DNA of 64,000 bases. Origin: Octopus bimaculoides. Its lineage: Eukaryota. Each line of letters begins with the position of its first letter. Positions within the stretch are counted from its first letter, which is position 1. Made by a program: the position numbers and the translations under genes. Below the pieces are notes generated by a model that saw only the letters and a program-made list of their open reading frames with translations, searched no databases and had not been told where the DNA came from. The stretch lies in contig NC_069004.1 in the NCBI RefSeq assembly GCF_001194135.2, positions 8,499,749 through 8,563,748 of the forward strand, read 5' to 3'. Below are positions 1 to 11,399 of this stretch, piece after piece.

Positions 1-1
1 A

Positions 2-337
2 TGTTTCAGAGAATGATTCACCACAAACATTACACTGATATGGTTTTTCACCTGTATGAGTACGTATATGGCTAGTTAAGCTACTAGTGCGAGAGAATGC
101 TTTACCGCAGATATTGCAATGATACGGTTTCTCACCTGTGTGAGTACGTATGTGATTTGTTAAGTTACTTCTTAAAGCAAATGATTTACCACAGATATCA
201 CAGTTGAATGGTTTTTCTCCTGTGTGAATACATTTGTGTGTAACAAGTTTACTTTTCAGAGAGAATGACTTTTTACAGATATCACACTGGTATGATGATT
301 CCCCAATTCCTTTTGGTGATTCTTCAGGCAAATTCAT
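2..337 (-). CDS. ZNF-1: C2H2 zinc-finger protein, 5' part (runs off the left edge of the window)
   Basis: Manual translation from ATG 337: [112 protein letters not shown] (3 complete fingers plus the start of a 4th). Acceptor tttctctatcatttcag ends at 684. Confidence 0.93.
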   Translation of the reverse strand, partial: MNLPEESPKGIGESSYQCDICKKSFSLKSKLVTHKCIHTGEKPFNCDICGKSFALRSNLTNHIRTHTGEKPYHCNICGKAFSRTSSLTSHIRTHTGEKPYQCNVCGESFSET

Positions 338-870
338 TCTTCTGCAATATTTTTTTCTCATAAAAATATTTGGATTTTTCCTTTTTTTTTTTTTTTTACC
401 TTTTATTATTTACTCCTATGTTGATCAAAACTTTTCTAATGCAATATTTACATGAACTTTCATCTCTGTTGATTTCAGAAATGGATATCAAGGTTCTTTG
501 TAAATCAGTCCAAATTCAACTGGAACACAAAATCATCTTGTACACACTCCAGACAACAAAGGAAAGAAACAGCACGCTCACAAGAAATACTTATCGGTTT
601 TTCTGTGAAACATTTTTCTTTTGTCTTTAAAAGATTATATAGATATTGATGTTATGTCTTTAATGACAATGTCATCTGATATTCTGAAATGATAGAGAAA
701 TAGCATAAGATATAAATGTTAATTAAAAAATAGAGATTTTACAATAATTTTATTTAGCATGATAAACTATAAACTTTTACCTCAAGAATTGAACTTTACA
801 TTTGAATTTGTACTTAAAATTACATGATACAAAATTGTGTGTAGTTTACAAAGGTTAGGTGTTTCAGGAG

Positions 871-1606
871 GGGTGGGGAACTTCGGAAAATTCACCGGTG
901 TCCACTTCAATTCGCCTTAACTTTCAAGAAAAGGGATATTTTTTAAAGAGATCCTTTACAAATATACCTCGGACTATGAAGATTCCGAGGACATAGGAAT
1001 TTTGTGGGAAAATAAATTGGGGGTTACTTCTGAGAATCGTTCCTCACTCGGGGGTGTTTCGGAACAAGTCGTTCATATTTGTTTCATTTTCTCCGTTTTG
1101 TGCGTTTGTGCATCCATAGATTTTTACGCACACACACACATATGTAATTAAAAAAGTTCAAATGGGGAATTATTTCATTCAATATCATGTTTATTATAGA
1201 GATTATGCAACAAATTATATATTACACATCTATACTTAACTGTGCGTATATATTCCTTATTTTTGCTTCTGCCTTTCTATTAGAACCGTTTNNNNNNNNN
1301 NAACGGTTCTCAGAAATAACCCTCAATTGTTTTCCCCACAAATTCCTATGTCCTCGGAATCTAGAAAGCCCGAGTTATATTTGTAGAGAATTTCATTTAA
1401 AATATCCATTTTCTTGAAAGTTAAGACGAACTGAAGTGGACGCCGGTGAATTTTCCGAAATTCCCCACCCCATCCCTCCTAAAAGACTTTCCTCCAAAAC
1501 TTTTGTATATTCGAAATCTACATGACAACACATATTCGAAGAAAATTTCATTAAAAAATATCCATTTTCCCGAAAGTTATGATCATCCAAAGTTGTGGTG
1601 GTGGGG
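871..1606. mobile_element. Foldback-like element with long modular inverted arms, in the ZNF-1 intron
   Basis: 871-1041 is the reverse complement of 1302-1470 (roughly 80% identity by eye). A second arm unit follows at 1470-1606. The same repeat occurs as an inverted pair at 40784-42235. Confidence 0.6.
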
Positions 1607-2477
1607 AGCAGAAATCTGTAGTTATGCCCAAAATCCTTCCTTTGGCATCAGAAACAGAAACGAACACAAAATTAAAATATCTAGGTCAAATGAAAGAGGA
1701 TCAGTTTAATAATGGTACATGATAAGAAATTAACGAAACTCGACTAGATGAAAAAGATTCAACATAAAATATGCTCTATAGCTTCTTCACGATCTTCTAG
1801 AATGGCCCTCCCCCGATATATTTAAGGGGAAGAGATTGAAATTAGTCATTACTCATTTTACCCCGTTTTAGACATTTGAAAATAATCAAATTAGACATTA
1901 GTGTGAGAAAAATTGACTTAGAATCCAACAGAGAAAAGAATATTAATTATTAAACACCAAAAATTATCCATATATTTTTATTAGCAAACTCAATTACAAA
2001 ATCGGATTGAGGAAAAATTTCTTGAAAAAAAAAAAAAGTACCTGTTACCTAACTGTTTCGGACACTGAACTTTGCTGACCAACTTTTTTTACTCCTAAAG
2101 GTGATGCAACAGTACAAAATGACGATGCAATATTTACAATGTATTGATTTCAAATAGACAGGGAGAAAATAACGAGCAATCAGAAGTAACTCATTTTACT
2201 CCAGTTAATAATTTTGCCCCCCTCACCACCACCCTACAAAGGAAATATTGCACGTATGCAAATGAAAGTAGCAAATGTGTCAAAGATTACCTACCGTTCA
2301 ATTTCATTTCTATTCTTGTAAGTTAATTTCTAGAGGATCTTTTCAAAAGCAGAGATCAATATTTCAGTTTGGTAGGATTGATTATCTTCTACATGAAAAT
2401 CAGGACATGAAAATAATTTTACCGAAGTCACTGCTTAGCGCTTCTGTGCTCTTAAAGGAAATTTTTTTTTTTCTTAC

Positions 2478-2515
2478 CATTGTCGTACGTTTTCAAATTT
2501 ATATAATTACTGTAT
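2478..2515 (-). other. Candidate non-coding micro-exon (38 nt) of the ZNF-1 5'UTR
   Basis: tttcag|ATACAGTAATTATATAAATTTGAAAACGTACGACAATG|gtaaga. Homologous blocks in ZNF-3 and ZNF-5. Confidence 0.5.
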
Positions 2516-2830
2516 CTGAAAGGGTGCAGGTAGAATGGGAGGGGTGCTTAAAACTGGGATGGGGAGAAGGAATTAAAATTTTGAAAACGTGCTTTTTTTT
2601 TGCAAAATCGTAATCTTCTATATCGAAAACCTAGGAATCCGAAAAATGTTTCGACAAAACAAAACTGGAAGTGGGAGCAGTGCTTACTCTTTACTTCTGT
2701 CGCTGAAAGTAACATCTTTTCTCATTTATGTTTGCATTTCAGTATGATTATTTATTACCTTATCCTCCAAGTAAAACACAATTATTTACATACATTATTA
2801 CAGCCTTAAAATAAACGTTTATGAACTTAC

Positions 2831-3155
2831 CGTTTTCAGACGTAAACAGTGAATCAGTGCATTGAACGTTTCCACTAAACTATCAAAGTAAATATCTGAT
2901 AGTTAGAACGCGATTTACCAATGTTTCATTAGCTTAATTCTATGGTGACATTCAAGGAATTCCTAATTAGTACAACCATAAAATACTAAAATATCACAAT
3001 GAACAAGCGAAGCTGACTTTATGTCACCAACCGCATTTTCGATCTCTTATAAACTAATGTCCCCTTGGAGATGGCGTGAGCTGACAAGGAGACAGTGGGT
3101 GATACTGGTGAAGATGTGATTAGCCTTCGAAATAAATTATTGAAACCATTTATAA
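2831..3155 (-). promoter_or_regulatory. Shared ZNF promoter / non-coding exon 1 cassette (ZNF-1)
   Basis: On the minus strand: TTATAAAT ... CTCCAAGGGGAC ... GAGATCGAAAATGCGGTTGGTGACATAAAGTCAGCTTCGCTTGTT ... CTGAAAACG|GTAAGT (donor at 2830). The same cassette lies upstream of five other paralogues. Confidence 0.72.
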
Positions 3156-4139
3156 TGCTTACATTTCAAAAGTATTTTTAAGAAAATTTTTTTTTTTTAT
3201 CGCCAGCACTTGAATGTGATGTTTGTGTGAAGAAACACTGATAACAAACGACTGGACAATTTTAGTTTCGGTTTCGTGAAAATTACTTTTTCTCCGTTGA
3301 AGGAAGATGCCCACCAACAAAAGTTTGACAACGACCGCTTTAAACAATTATAACCATTCCTTGTTTTTGATAAACATATTCCCCATGTATGTATTATATT
3401 GTGTGTATACACACACACACACACACATTCTGTCTGGTTATAATTTTCATTTATGTATTATTATAGGTATGTAACAAGATTTTAAAATTGTATATTTTGT
3501 CTGTGTGCTGAAGCAAATAATTAACTCATTGCAACACGTGTGTATATATAAAGACATAAAAATATGAAAAGTGTTTTCTGCCTATTTCTTTACACAATGT
3601 GGTTTGGACTCTGCATTTTAGCTTAGCTTTTGAAGTGACGATTGTGTTCATATTATAGTAAGATGTAAGAGTTTAACACAGAACTGTCTATTGAACCCAA
3701 ACCTTGTGCTGCCATGCTGTACATGATAACACATCACCATCATTTAATATCTGTTTTCCATGCCGGCTTCAGTTGGATGGTGTGACTAAACTGGATCATG
3801 TTCCAGTCTGATTTGACTTGGTTTCTACAGCTGGATGCCCTTCCTAATGCCAAAGTAATACATCTGTCATTATAGATAAACTAGAATGTTATTGATTATA
3901 TGACTGGTAACTTTGGAAGTATATTTGTGACACCATGGGGCTAGATGTGGCAGTTTACTCTTATTTAAGTATTTCTCCAATATTTATTTCCCAAGAAAGC
4001 ACAAATTTATGCAATTCAACAATTTAAACTCAAGCGTTTTTATTACTGCAAACGTATCTTATATCTTATTCCTTCATTTCTAAATACTGGTTCACTGATG
4101 ATGATGATCATTATCATCATCATCACCACCACCTCACAC

Positions 4140-4810
4140 GCCTATTTCCTTGGGTTGTACAAGTCCTTTTCAACAGTGTCTTATCATTTATTGTATTTTA
4201 CAAAAGAAACACATCCTGGGATCAGCTTTCATCATACCTGCCTTGGTCTTCCTTTCCCACAAGGATTTCCTGACACTTGTACATCCCATCTGTCATCATC
4301 TACACACACGCAATGTCTGTAACAATACATTCCTTCTTGCATGCTCCATTTCATTCCTCACTTCACTTATACCTTGCTGTTCATGCACTCAAAAATTTCT
4401 CATCTAGCACACTAAGCTTGCTTCATTTCTTTCCAGCATTCATAAATCCCTTACATTCAATGCCCAAACTACTATTTAGCACTGTAGCTCATACAATGTC
4501 TCCTCTTGCCTGATGAGAGTATTCTCTTGTTATTTACTTGTTTCTTCCCCTCCACCCCACCATATTCTTATTCTGGTGACTATACTTACAAAATTCCTTC
4601 ATCCGCTGCAGATGAGGTCACCTCAGTTACATACACTATCAACTACCTGTATACAGCCTTTTGAATATTCCAAACAATTTATGTTACTGGTGCTCTGACT
4701 GCTAACTACTTCTGTGCATTTACCACAAACTCACTTATCAGCCTATTTTTGATTCCATTACACCTTCTTAGCACCAACAGACAACACTGAATATACTCTA
4801 TGGAATTCTG
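4140..4810 (-). mobile_element. Decayed RTE-clade LINE, C-terminal ORF region
   Basis: Minus-strand translation fragments SIEYIQCCLLVLRRCNGIKNRL and GNPCGKGRPRQ resemble the RTE C-terminal ...CGRGRPRKTW region. Many stops and frameshifts. Confidence 0.6.
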
Positions 4811-5309
4811 GTCAACTATATTCTCATAAAAGGAATTTGCCTTGAAACATATTATGTTGGATGAAATGCATTGTAAATTATAAATATTTTTGATTTCATT
4901 TGTTCTCTGAGTTGAAATTTAAGTTAAAAAACAAGTGGAAATGGTTTTGGTCATACTTTTTATGATCAAATATATTAGATTGCAAAAATAAGTTATGTAA
5001 ATAAAGAAATGGAACCCCACCAAAAAATTTGATCCTTCTAAAATACAACCAAATTTCATAACACCTGAATCTGATAAAATATATTTAATGAATCAAGCAG
5101 GGAAAAAAGTACGTTATAATTAGGCTTTATTCCATAAAATGTCTTAGATGAATCAAGAACAGTATTTCATTTCTATGCTCCATTTTTTTTAGATTGATTA
5201 TTAATAATTGACTGCTCTTCCTGTCACCAACTCTTTTTGAAAGCATACATAATGCAGTACACCATCTGACTTCTGTTCATTTCCAGGCTAGTTTGTAGAA
5301 CCTGTGTTT

Positions 5310-7106
5310 CTAAGATGAATGATTAGTCACAGCAAATGATTCACCACACATATAATTTTGATATGGATTTTCTCCAGAATGAGTACGTTTGTGCTTAGTC
5401 AAATCACTATTTTGAGAAAATGATTTACCACAGATATTGCAATGATATGGTTTCTGCCCTGTATGAATGTATTTATGAGTGGTTAAGGAACTACTTCCAG
5501 AAAAAGATTTACCACAGATATTACAGTGGTATGGTTTTTCGCCTGTATGAATGCGTTTGTGCTTAGTCACATCACTATTTTGGAAGAATGATTTACCACA
5601 GATATCGCACTGATAAGGTTTCTCTCCTGTATGAATACGTCTGTGAATAGTTAAATGAGCAGTTTGAGAGAATGACTTACCACAGACATCACAATGATAT
5701 GGTTTTTCTCCAGTATGGGTGCGTTTGTGAGTAGTTAAACGAGTTAACTGCGAGAATGATTTACCACAGATATCACAATGATGTAACTTCTCTCCTGTAT
5801 GTATATGACTATGTTCAGTGAACTTACTTCTTGCAGAGAACAATTTACCGCAGATTTCACAGTGATATGGTTTTTCACCTGTGTGTATACGTATGTGTTC
5901 AGTTAAAGCATTACCATGAAAAAATGATTTACCACAGATATCACACCGATATGGTCTCTCACCAGTATGAATATTTCTATGTTTATTTAAAGTGTTTTGA
6001 TCAGAGTATGATTTACCACAGATATCACAGGAAAATGGTCTTTCTGCTGTATGAAAACGTCTGTTGTGCATCTTTAATCCACTTGTCTGTGAAAATGATT
6101 TGCCACAAATATCACAGTGATATGGTTTTTCTCCTGTATGAATACGCTTGTGCTGAGTTAAAGCACTTCCTTCAGTAAAAGATTTACCACAGATATCACA
6201 GTGATATGGCTTCTCTCCTGTATGAATACGTTTGTGACCAGTTAAATGAACTCTCTGAAAGAACGACTTTCCACAAATATCACAGTGAAATAACTTCTCA
6301 CCAGTATGAATACGTTTATGTTTAGTTAAATTACCAGCTTCAGAGAATGATTTACCACAGATATCACAGTGATATGGTTTCACTCCTGTATGAATATATT
6401 TGTGTTTGGTCAACTTATTTCCTTCAGAGAATGATTCACCACAAATATTACATTGATATGGTTTCTCACCTGTATGAATACGTTTGTGGCTAGTTAAGCG
6501 ATCACCTCGAGAGAATGATTTACCACAAATATCACAGTGATATGGTCTTTCCCCTGTATGAGTACGTATGTGAGTGGTTAAGTGACTTTTTATAGAGAAC
6601 GATTTACCACATACATCACAGTGATATGGTTTCTCTCCTGTATGAATGTATGTGTGTATTTTTAATTTACTTCCTTCGGAGAAAGATTCATTACAGATAT
6701 TACAATGATATGGTTTCTCACCTGTATGAATACGTCTATGACTAGTTAAGCGATCCTTTTGAGAGAATGATTTACTACAGAGATCACAATGATATGGTTT
6801 TTCCCCTGTGTGAATACGTATGTGATTGGTTAAGTGACCTCTTACAGAGAATGATTTACCGCAGATATCACAGTGAAATGGCTTTTCTCCGGTATGGATG
6901 CGAATGTGAGTTGTTAAGGCACTTTCTTTAGGGAATACTTTGTCACAGATATTACAATGATAGGCTTTCTCTCCTGCATGAACACATTTATGTGTAGTTA
7001 AGACACCCTTTTTGGAGAATGACTTTTTACAGATGCTGCACTGATATGATTTTTTTTGTAACTCTCCAGGAAAAAAACAATCATTTAAATTCATCACATA
7101 ATTCAT
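5310..7106 (-). CDS. ZNF-2: C2H2 zinc-finger protein, 598 aa, 20 fingers plus a degenerate tail
   Basis: Intact ORF with 20 C-x2-C-x12-H-x3/4-H repeats and TGEKPY-type linkers. Finger 12 is H-x4-H. Acceptor cttatcatttcag at 7439. Confidence 0.96.
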   Translation of the reverse strand: MNYVMNLNDCFFPGELQKKSYQCSICKKSFSKKGVLTTHKCVHAGEKAYHCNICDKVFPKESALTTHIRIHTGEKPFHCDICGKSFSVRGHLTNHIRIHTGEKPYHCDLCSKSFSQKDRLTSHRRIHTGEKPYHCNICNESFSEGSKLKIHTYIHTGEKPYHCDVCGKSFSIKSHLTTHIRTHTGERPYHCDICGKSFSRGDRLTSHKRIHTGEKPYQCNICGESFSEGNKLTKHKYIHTGVKPYHCDICGKSFSEAGNLTKHKRIHTGEKLFHCDICGKSFFQRVHLTGHKRIHTGEKPYHCDICGKSFTEGSALTQHKRIHTGEKPYHCDICGKSFSQTSGLKMHNRRFHTAERPFSCDICGKSYSDQNTLNKHRNIHTGERPYRCDICGKSFFHGNALTEHIRIHTGEKPYHCEICGKLFSARSKFTEHSHIHTGEKLHHCDICGKSFSQLTRLTTHKRTHTGEKPYHCDVCGKSFSQTAHLTIHRRIHTGEKPYQCDICGKSFFQNSDVTKHKRIHTGEKPYHCNICGKSFSGSSSLTTHKYIHTGQKPYHCNICGKSFSQNSDLTKHKRTHSGENPYQNYMCGESFAVTNHSS

Positions 7107-7849
7107 TCTTCTATAGCTTTACTTTCTCTGACCGCAGTATATGGATATCTTCCTTTGTTTTGTAGTTATATATTCCTAGTTATTCAAAACATTTCTGCCA
7201 CAATACTGCCATCAACTATTATCTGGAAAGGGTTGCACAGTCCTTTGTAAAATTGACCAGGTTTAAGTAGGATACAATATCATGCACATTCCAGATAATG
7301 AAGCAGAGAATGATTGCTAATATTTCACATTAACTCAATAATAAATCTATAGAGACAGAATTACATCTGTTCTATATATCTTTCTTTAGTCTTTAACAGT
7401 TGATAGTCAATTCTTTAATGCCAATGTCATTTGATATTCTGAAATGATAAAGAACGAGAGTAAGATATCAAAGATAATTAAAAAGTAGAAATCTAACAGT
7501 GAAATTTCACTACAATTAAATAGTGATAAACTATAAACTTTCACCTCAACAAATGAACTTCAGATTTTGATTTATCAAAATTACAGTATACAAAGTTGCG
7601 TAAAGTTTACAGACTACAGACACACCTTCAGAATGTGTAACATTACCTATGTTATAATAAATGACAGTGGTTTTATATTATATCTGGACTAGTGTCTTTG
7701 GTTGTTGTATCTTCAGAACTTCTTCAGGTGCCTCACATTAAATCTGCAGCAGTACACAGACCTCACTCCACTGTTGTTCCAAGAACATTTTCCTCGTTAG
7801 TTATTCTACTACTTGTGATGCCACTAATTTGATACACTTCAACCAAAGT

Positions 7850-7892
<43 letters not shown>

Positions 7893-8095
7893 NNNNNNNN
7901 NNNNNNNNNNNNNNNNNNNNNNNNNNNNNNNNNNNNNNNNNNNNNNNNNNNNNNNNNNNNNNNNNNNNNNNNNNNNNNNNNNNNNNNNNNNNNNNNNNNN
8001 NNNNNNNNNNNNNNNNNNNNNNNNNNNNNNNNNNNNNNNNNNNNNNNNNNNNNNNNNNNATATATATATATATATATATATATAAATTGACTTGC

Positions 8096-8143
8096 CCAGA
8101 GATTGAACTCATTTCAATAAGATCAACTATTACACCTAACAAT
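8096..8143 (-). other. Candidate 48-nt non-coding exon of ZNF-2 (GC donor)
   Basis: tatag|ATTGTTAGGTGTAATAGTTGATCTTATTGAAATGAGTTCAATCTCTGG|gcaagt. Homologous to GT-donor blocks in ZNF-4 and ZNF-6. Confidence 0.35.
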
Positions 8144-8624
8144 CTATACTTATATTCACTATACCAACTTTTATAGAATAGTGGACAATAACTTTCTTCT
8201 CTCTGTGGATAATTATTTGTCGCCGTAACGTAATTCCTGGTCATTCCTTACTAAGCAGACCTATGAAAATTTGGCTTCTATTTCAAGCAGATCGAATTAC
8301 TATATAGTTTCCATTCCAGGGGCTCATTGTTTTGTTTGGGCCTTCTATCAAAGTAGAGTTGTTTTCATCGCTGCTATGAATTTTATAACAGATCAAACGA
8401 AAGGAAACATAGATGAACTAAGAAAAGACGACTGAATGAAGGAAAAACATAAAATATACCTTTCAAAAAGGTAAACAAACTACTCATGAATACATTCGTA
8501 CAGGAAAGACTCCATATCAGTCTTATATGTGGTAGATTATTCCCCGTAGAAAGTGGTTTTACTTGCAAGCCTAAAAATGCAATACAGTTACTCTTTCACG
8601 TCTATCCTAAAAGGATAGAAGGTA

Positions 8625-8740
8625 TATCACGGTCATAACTGTGATAAATTGTTCTCTACGCGAAGTAGCTTAACCACGCACAAATACATGCAGATATGAG
8701 AGAAGCTGTATGACTGTTGATATCTGTGGTAAATTATTCT
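8625..8740 (+). pseudogene. Antisense zinc-finger relic in the ZNF-2 intron
   Basis: Plus-strand reading YHGHNCDKLFSTRSSLTTHKYMQI*EKLYDC then (frameshift) DICGKLF. Host gene is on the minus strand. Confidence 0.75.
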
Positions 8741-9469
8741 TGATGATTTTAAAATCATTTTTGTAACTTCATAAAATTTTTAATGACAGTCTCAATGTTA
8801 AATATCCCCATATATACCTGTCTTCAATGACCTTGCAGCGAAGGCTAATAATACTTTATAACCGAATTGGCGACATTAACTTAGGTGAAATCAAGTCTTA
8901 ATAAATTCTAGCTTTTCTCTTCACTTACTTGTTATGTCCATTAGAAAAATATTTTTACAGAATAGCAAAAGCATGAAGAAAAAAAAAAGACCAAAAATAA
9001 CGAAACCACACACACACACAGAATATTAATTTTCATCGTGTAGGATTTCAGATTTTCTTTCTTTTTCTTTTCTTATTTAAGATGAATTACAGTACAGGAA
9101 TTTGAGAATGAAGAATACTACAAAATTACGAAAAAGAAGAAATCATGTTAATGGTGGCAGCTTTTGCGAATGCACAATTAAAGGCGAGAGGATTGAGACA
9201 ACTGGATTTTTTTTTTAATTTTTAAACGATTCATTAAGTATTTTGCATCATGAGATTCTATACAATCTCGAAAAATCGCGAAAAAAAATCTATTTCATTC
9301 GCGAGAGAAATTCCGAAAGACAATCAATCACTGTATCAGGAAGAAATGCTTCTTCCTACTGTTATGTTCTCACTTCAGTATAATTAATTTCATTATTCCT
9401 CCAAGTAAAGCACAATTCTGTTATTTACAAATATTAGTACGGTATAGAAAGAAACGTTTGTCAACTTAC

Positions 9470-9660
9470 CGTTTTCAAATCTAAACAGTAAATCAATGGG
9501 TTATATTTTCACCAAAGCATATATATCTGTTTGTTAGAATGAGGTTTTAGCAATTCTTTATCAACCTCATTAGACATCAACATTGAAGAAATTACTATAT
9601 TATCACAATGAACAAGTGAAGCTGACTATATGTCTCCAGCCGTACTTTCGATGTCTAACA
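9470..9660 (-). promoter_or_regulatory. Shared ZNF non-coding exon 1 cassette (ZNF-2), upstream part missing
   Basis: GACATCGAAAGTACGGCTGGAGACATATAGTCAGCTTCACTTGTT ... TTGAAAACG|GTAAGT (donor at 9469). The CTCCAAGGGG motif is absent and Tc1 sequence sits in its place. Confidence 0.68.
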
Positions 9661-9664
9661 TTAC

Positions 9665-9888
9665 AATCTCTGTGTGAATTAGTGCATTATCATCCTGAAA
9701 GATTGCGTTTCCCTCTGGAAACTGTTCTGCAACCATAGGATGAATTTGATTAGGTAAAATGCTTAAATAGTCTTAACTATTAATTTTGCCATGAAGGGAA
9801 ACCATTGGGCCAGCAGATTTCCAAGATATAGAACCCCCCCAGATCATCATAGATCCTCCTCCATGTTTAACAATTGGAAGAAAGCAGG
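9665..9888 (-). mobile_element. Tc1-like transposase fragment (catalytic DDE region)
   Basis: Minus strand: CFLPIVKHGGGSMMIWG then (frameshift) ISWKSAGPMVSLHGKINS*DYLSILPNQIHPMVAEQFPEGNAIFQDDNALIHT. Contains the Tc1 VKHGGGS.M.WG and FQDDNA motifs. Confidence 0.85.
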
Positions 9889-10227
9889 AAAAAAATAGCA
9901 GTTATTTTATGATACCAGCAGGTATGTCTAGCAGACGAACATCCATCGCCGAAGATGACCAAAATGAGGGCGAAATCACGTGAGCTGGTGGTCTCCAAGC
10001 TACAATAGTAGGAAGTTCTCTCCCTGCTTGCAAAGCTCACCGAATAACCAGCTGGAATATCGTCTGTTCCCCTAGAACACCTACATTTTGGTGGTGATAA
10101 ACATTAATGCTAATATTGTCCAATGGTTTATTATCAGAGTAATCTACTCACTAATAACATGCCCAATGCATATTCTAAGGATTAATAAAGATCTTTTTGA
10201 AAATGTTTTAAAACGTAATTATTGTAT

Positions 10228-10544
10228 CTGGTTTAAATATTTTATTTTTGAGAAAAATCACATCTTCACTGGAAACATCCAGCTCTCCCATTCCTTATGA
10301 GCTCATGAGATCTCCAAGGGGACACTACCAACGAGTTTTAATATGACATCGAAAGTGCGGCTATATCAGCTTCACTTGTTTGTTGTGGTAATTTAGTGTT
10401 TTGTTGTTAAAGGGTTTTCTTGAATGTCGATGTAGAACAAAGTTGGTAAAACATCGGTAAATCTCATTGTAACAGTCAGATATTTATTGTGGTAGTTTGG
10501 TGAAAATATATAACATACTGATTGACTGTTTACATCTGAAAATG
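10228..10544 (+). promoter_or_regulatory. Shared ZNF promoter / non-coding exon 1 cassette (ZNF-3)
   Basis: TCTCCAAGGGGACACTACCA (10311) ... GACATCGAAAGTGCGGCTATATCAGCTTCACTTGTT ... CTGAAAATG|GTAAGT (donor at 10545). Confidence 0.72.
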
Positions 10545-10665
10545 GTAAGTTGATAGACGTTTGATTTGATGCTGTAATATTGTCTGTAAATAATAAAATT
10601 GTTTCACTTGAAGGATAAGGTATATTGAAATGAAACAAAACAACAGGGAAATATATTTCTTTCAG

Positions 10666-10706
10666 ATACAATAATTATATAAATGTGCAAACTCATAACA
10701 ACATTA
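10666..10706 (+). other. Candidate 41-nt non-coding micro-exon of ZNF-3
   Basis: ctttcag|ATACAATAATTATATAAATGTGCAAACTCATAACAACATTA|gtaaaa. The donor is weak. Confidence 0.35.
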
Positions 10707-10746
10707 GTAAAAGATATTTCTTCCAAGAATACAGTAATTATATTGT

Positions 10747-11088
10747 TGTTGGCACTCCGTCGCTTACGACGTCAAGGGTTCCAGTTGATCCGATCAACGG
10801 AACAGCCTGCTCGTGAAATTAACGTGCAAGTGGCTGAGCACTCCACAGACACGTGTACCCTTAACGTAGTTCTCGGGGATATTCAGCGTGACACAGTGTG
10901 ACAAGGCTGACCCATTGAATTACAGGCACAACAGAAACAGGAAGAAAGAGAAAGTTGTGGTGAAAGAGTACAGAAGGGTTCGCCACCATCCCCTGCCGGA
11001 GCCTCGTGTTTTCGCTCAGTAAACACTCACAACGCCCGATCTGGGAATCGAAACCGCTGCCCTAACCACTGGGCCATTGCGCCTCCAC
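10747..11088 (-). mobile_element. tRNA-derived SINE (family D here) with 11-bp TSD
   Basis: Head GGAGGCGCAATGGCCCAGTGGTTAGGGCAGCGG..TTTCGATTCCC (Pol III A/B boxes), (CAA)n tail, TSD AATTATATTGT at 10736-10746 and 11089-11099. Near-identical copy at 55369-55742. Confidence 0.85.
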
Positions 11089-11399
11089 AATTATATTGTA
11101 CTTGGAATAAATAACAACTTTGAAGAACAAATTTCCATATCTTCACTTTGATGTAGAAGATAATACTTTTAAACCTCACATGTTGATCTCTATTTTTAAA
11201 AATATATGTTGGAAATTAATTTAAAAGCCAAGACTAGTAATTAAGTGAAGTAAATATTTGCATAATTAAAATATTTCATTGATATGTTTATATTGCCTCG
11301 AATAGTGACAAGGTCTTTCGAGGAAGAGACGCCACATTGAATGTGGAGGAATTAAATGTTGAGACTCACGTTTAAGATTTGCTGTAGTTATGAAAAACA

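Noticed and set aside
5831-6178. Antisense ORFs of the [11 protein letters not shown] type (also 12356, 12692, 17818, 22511, 23346, 28509)
   Set aside because: They are the reverse-strand reading of the zinc-finger repeat (tgtgatatctgtggtaaatcat), not independent genes.
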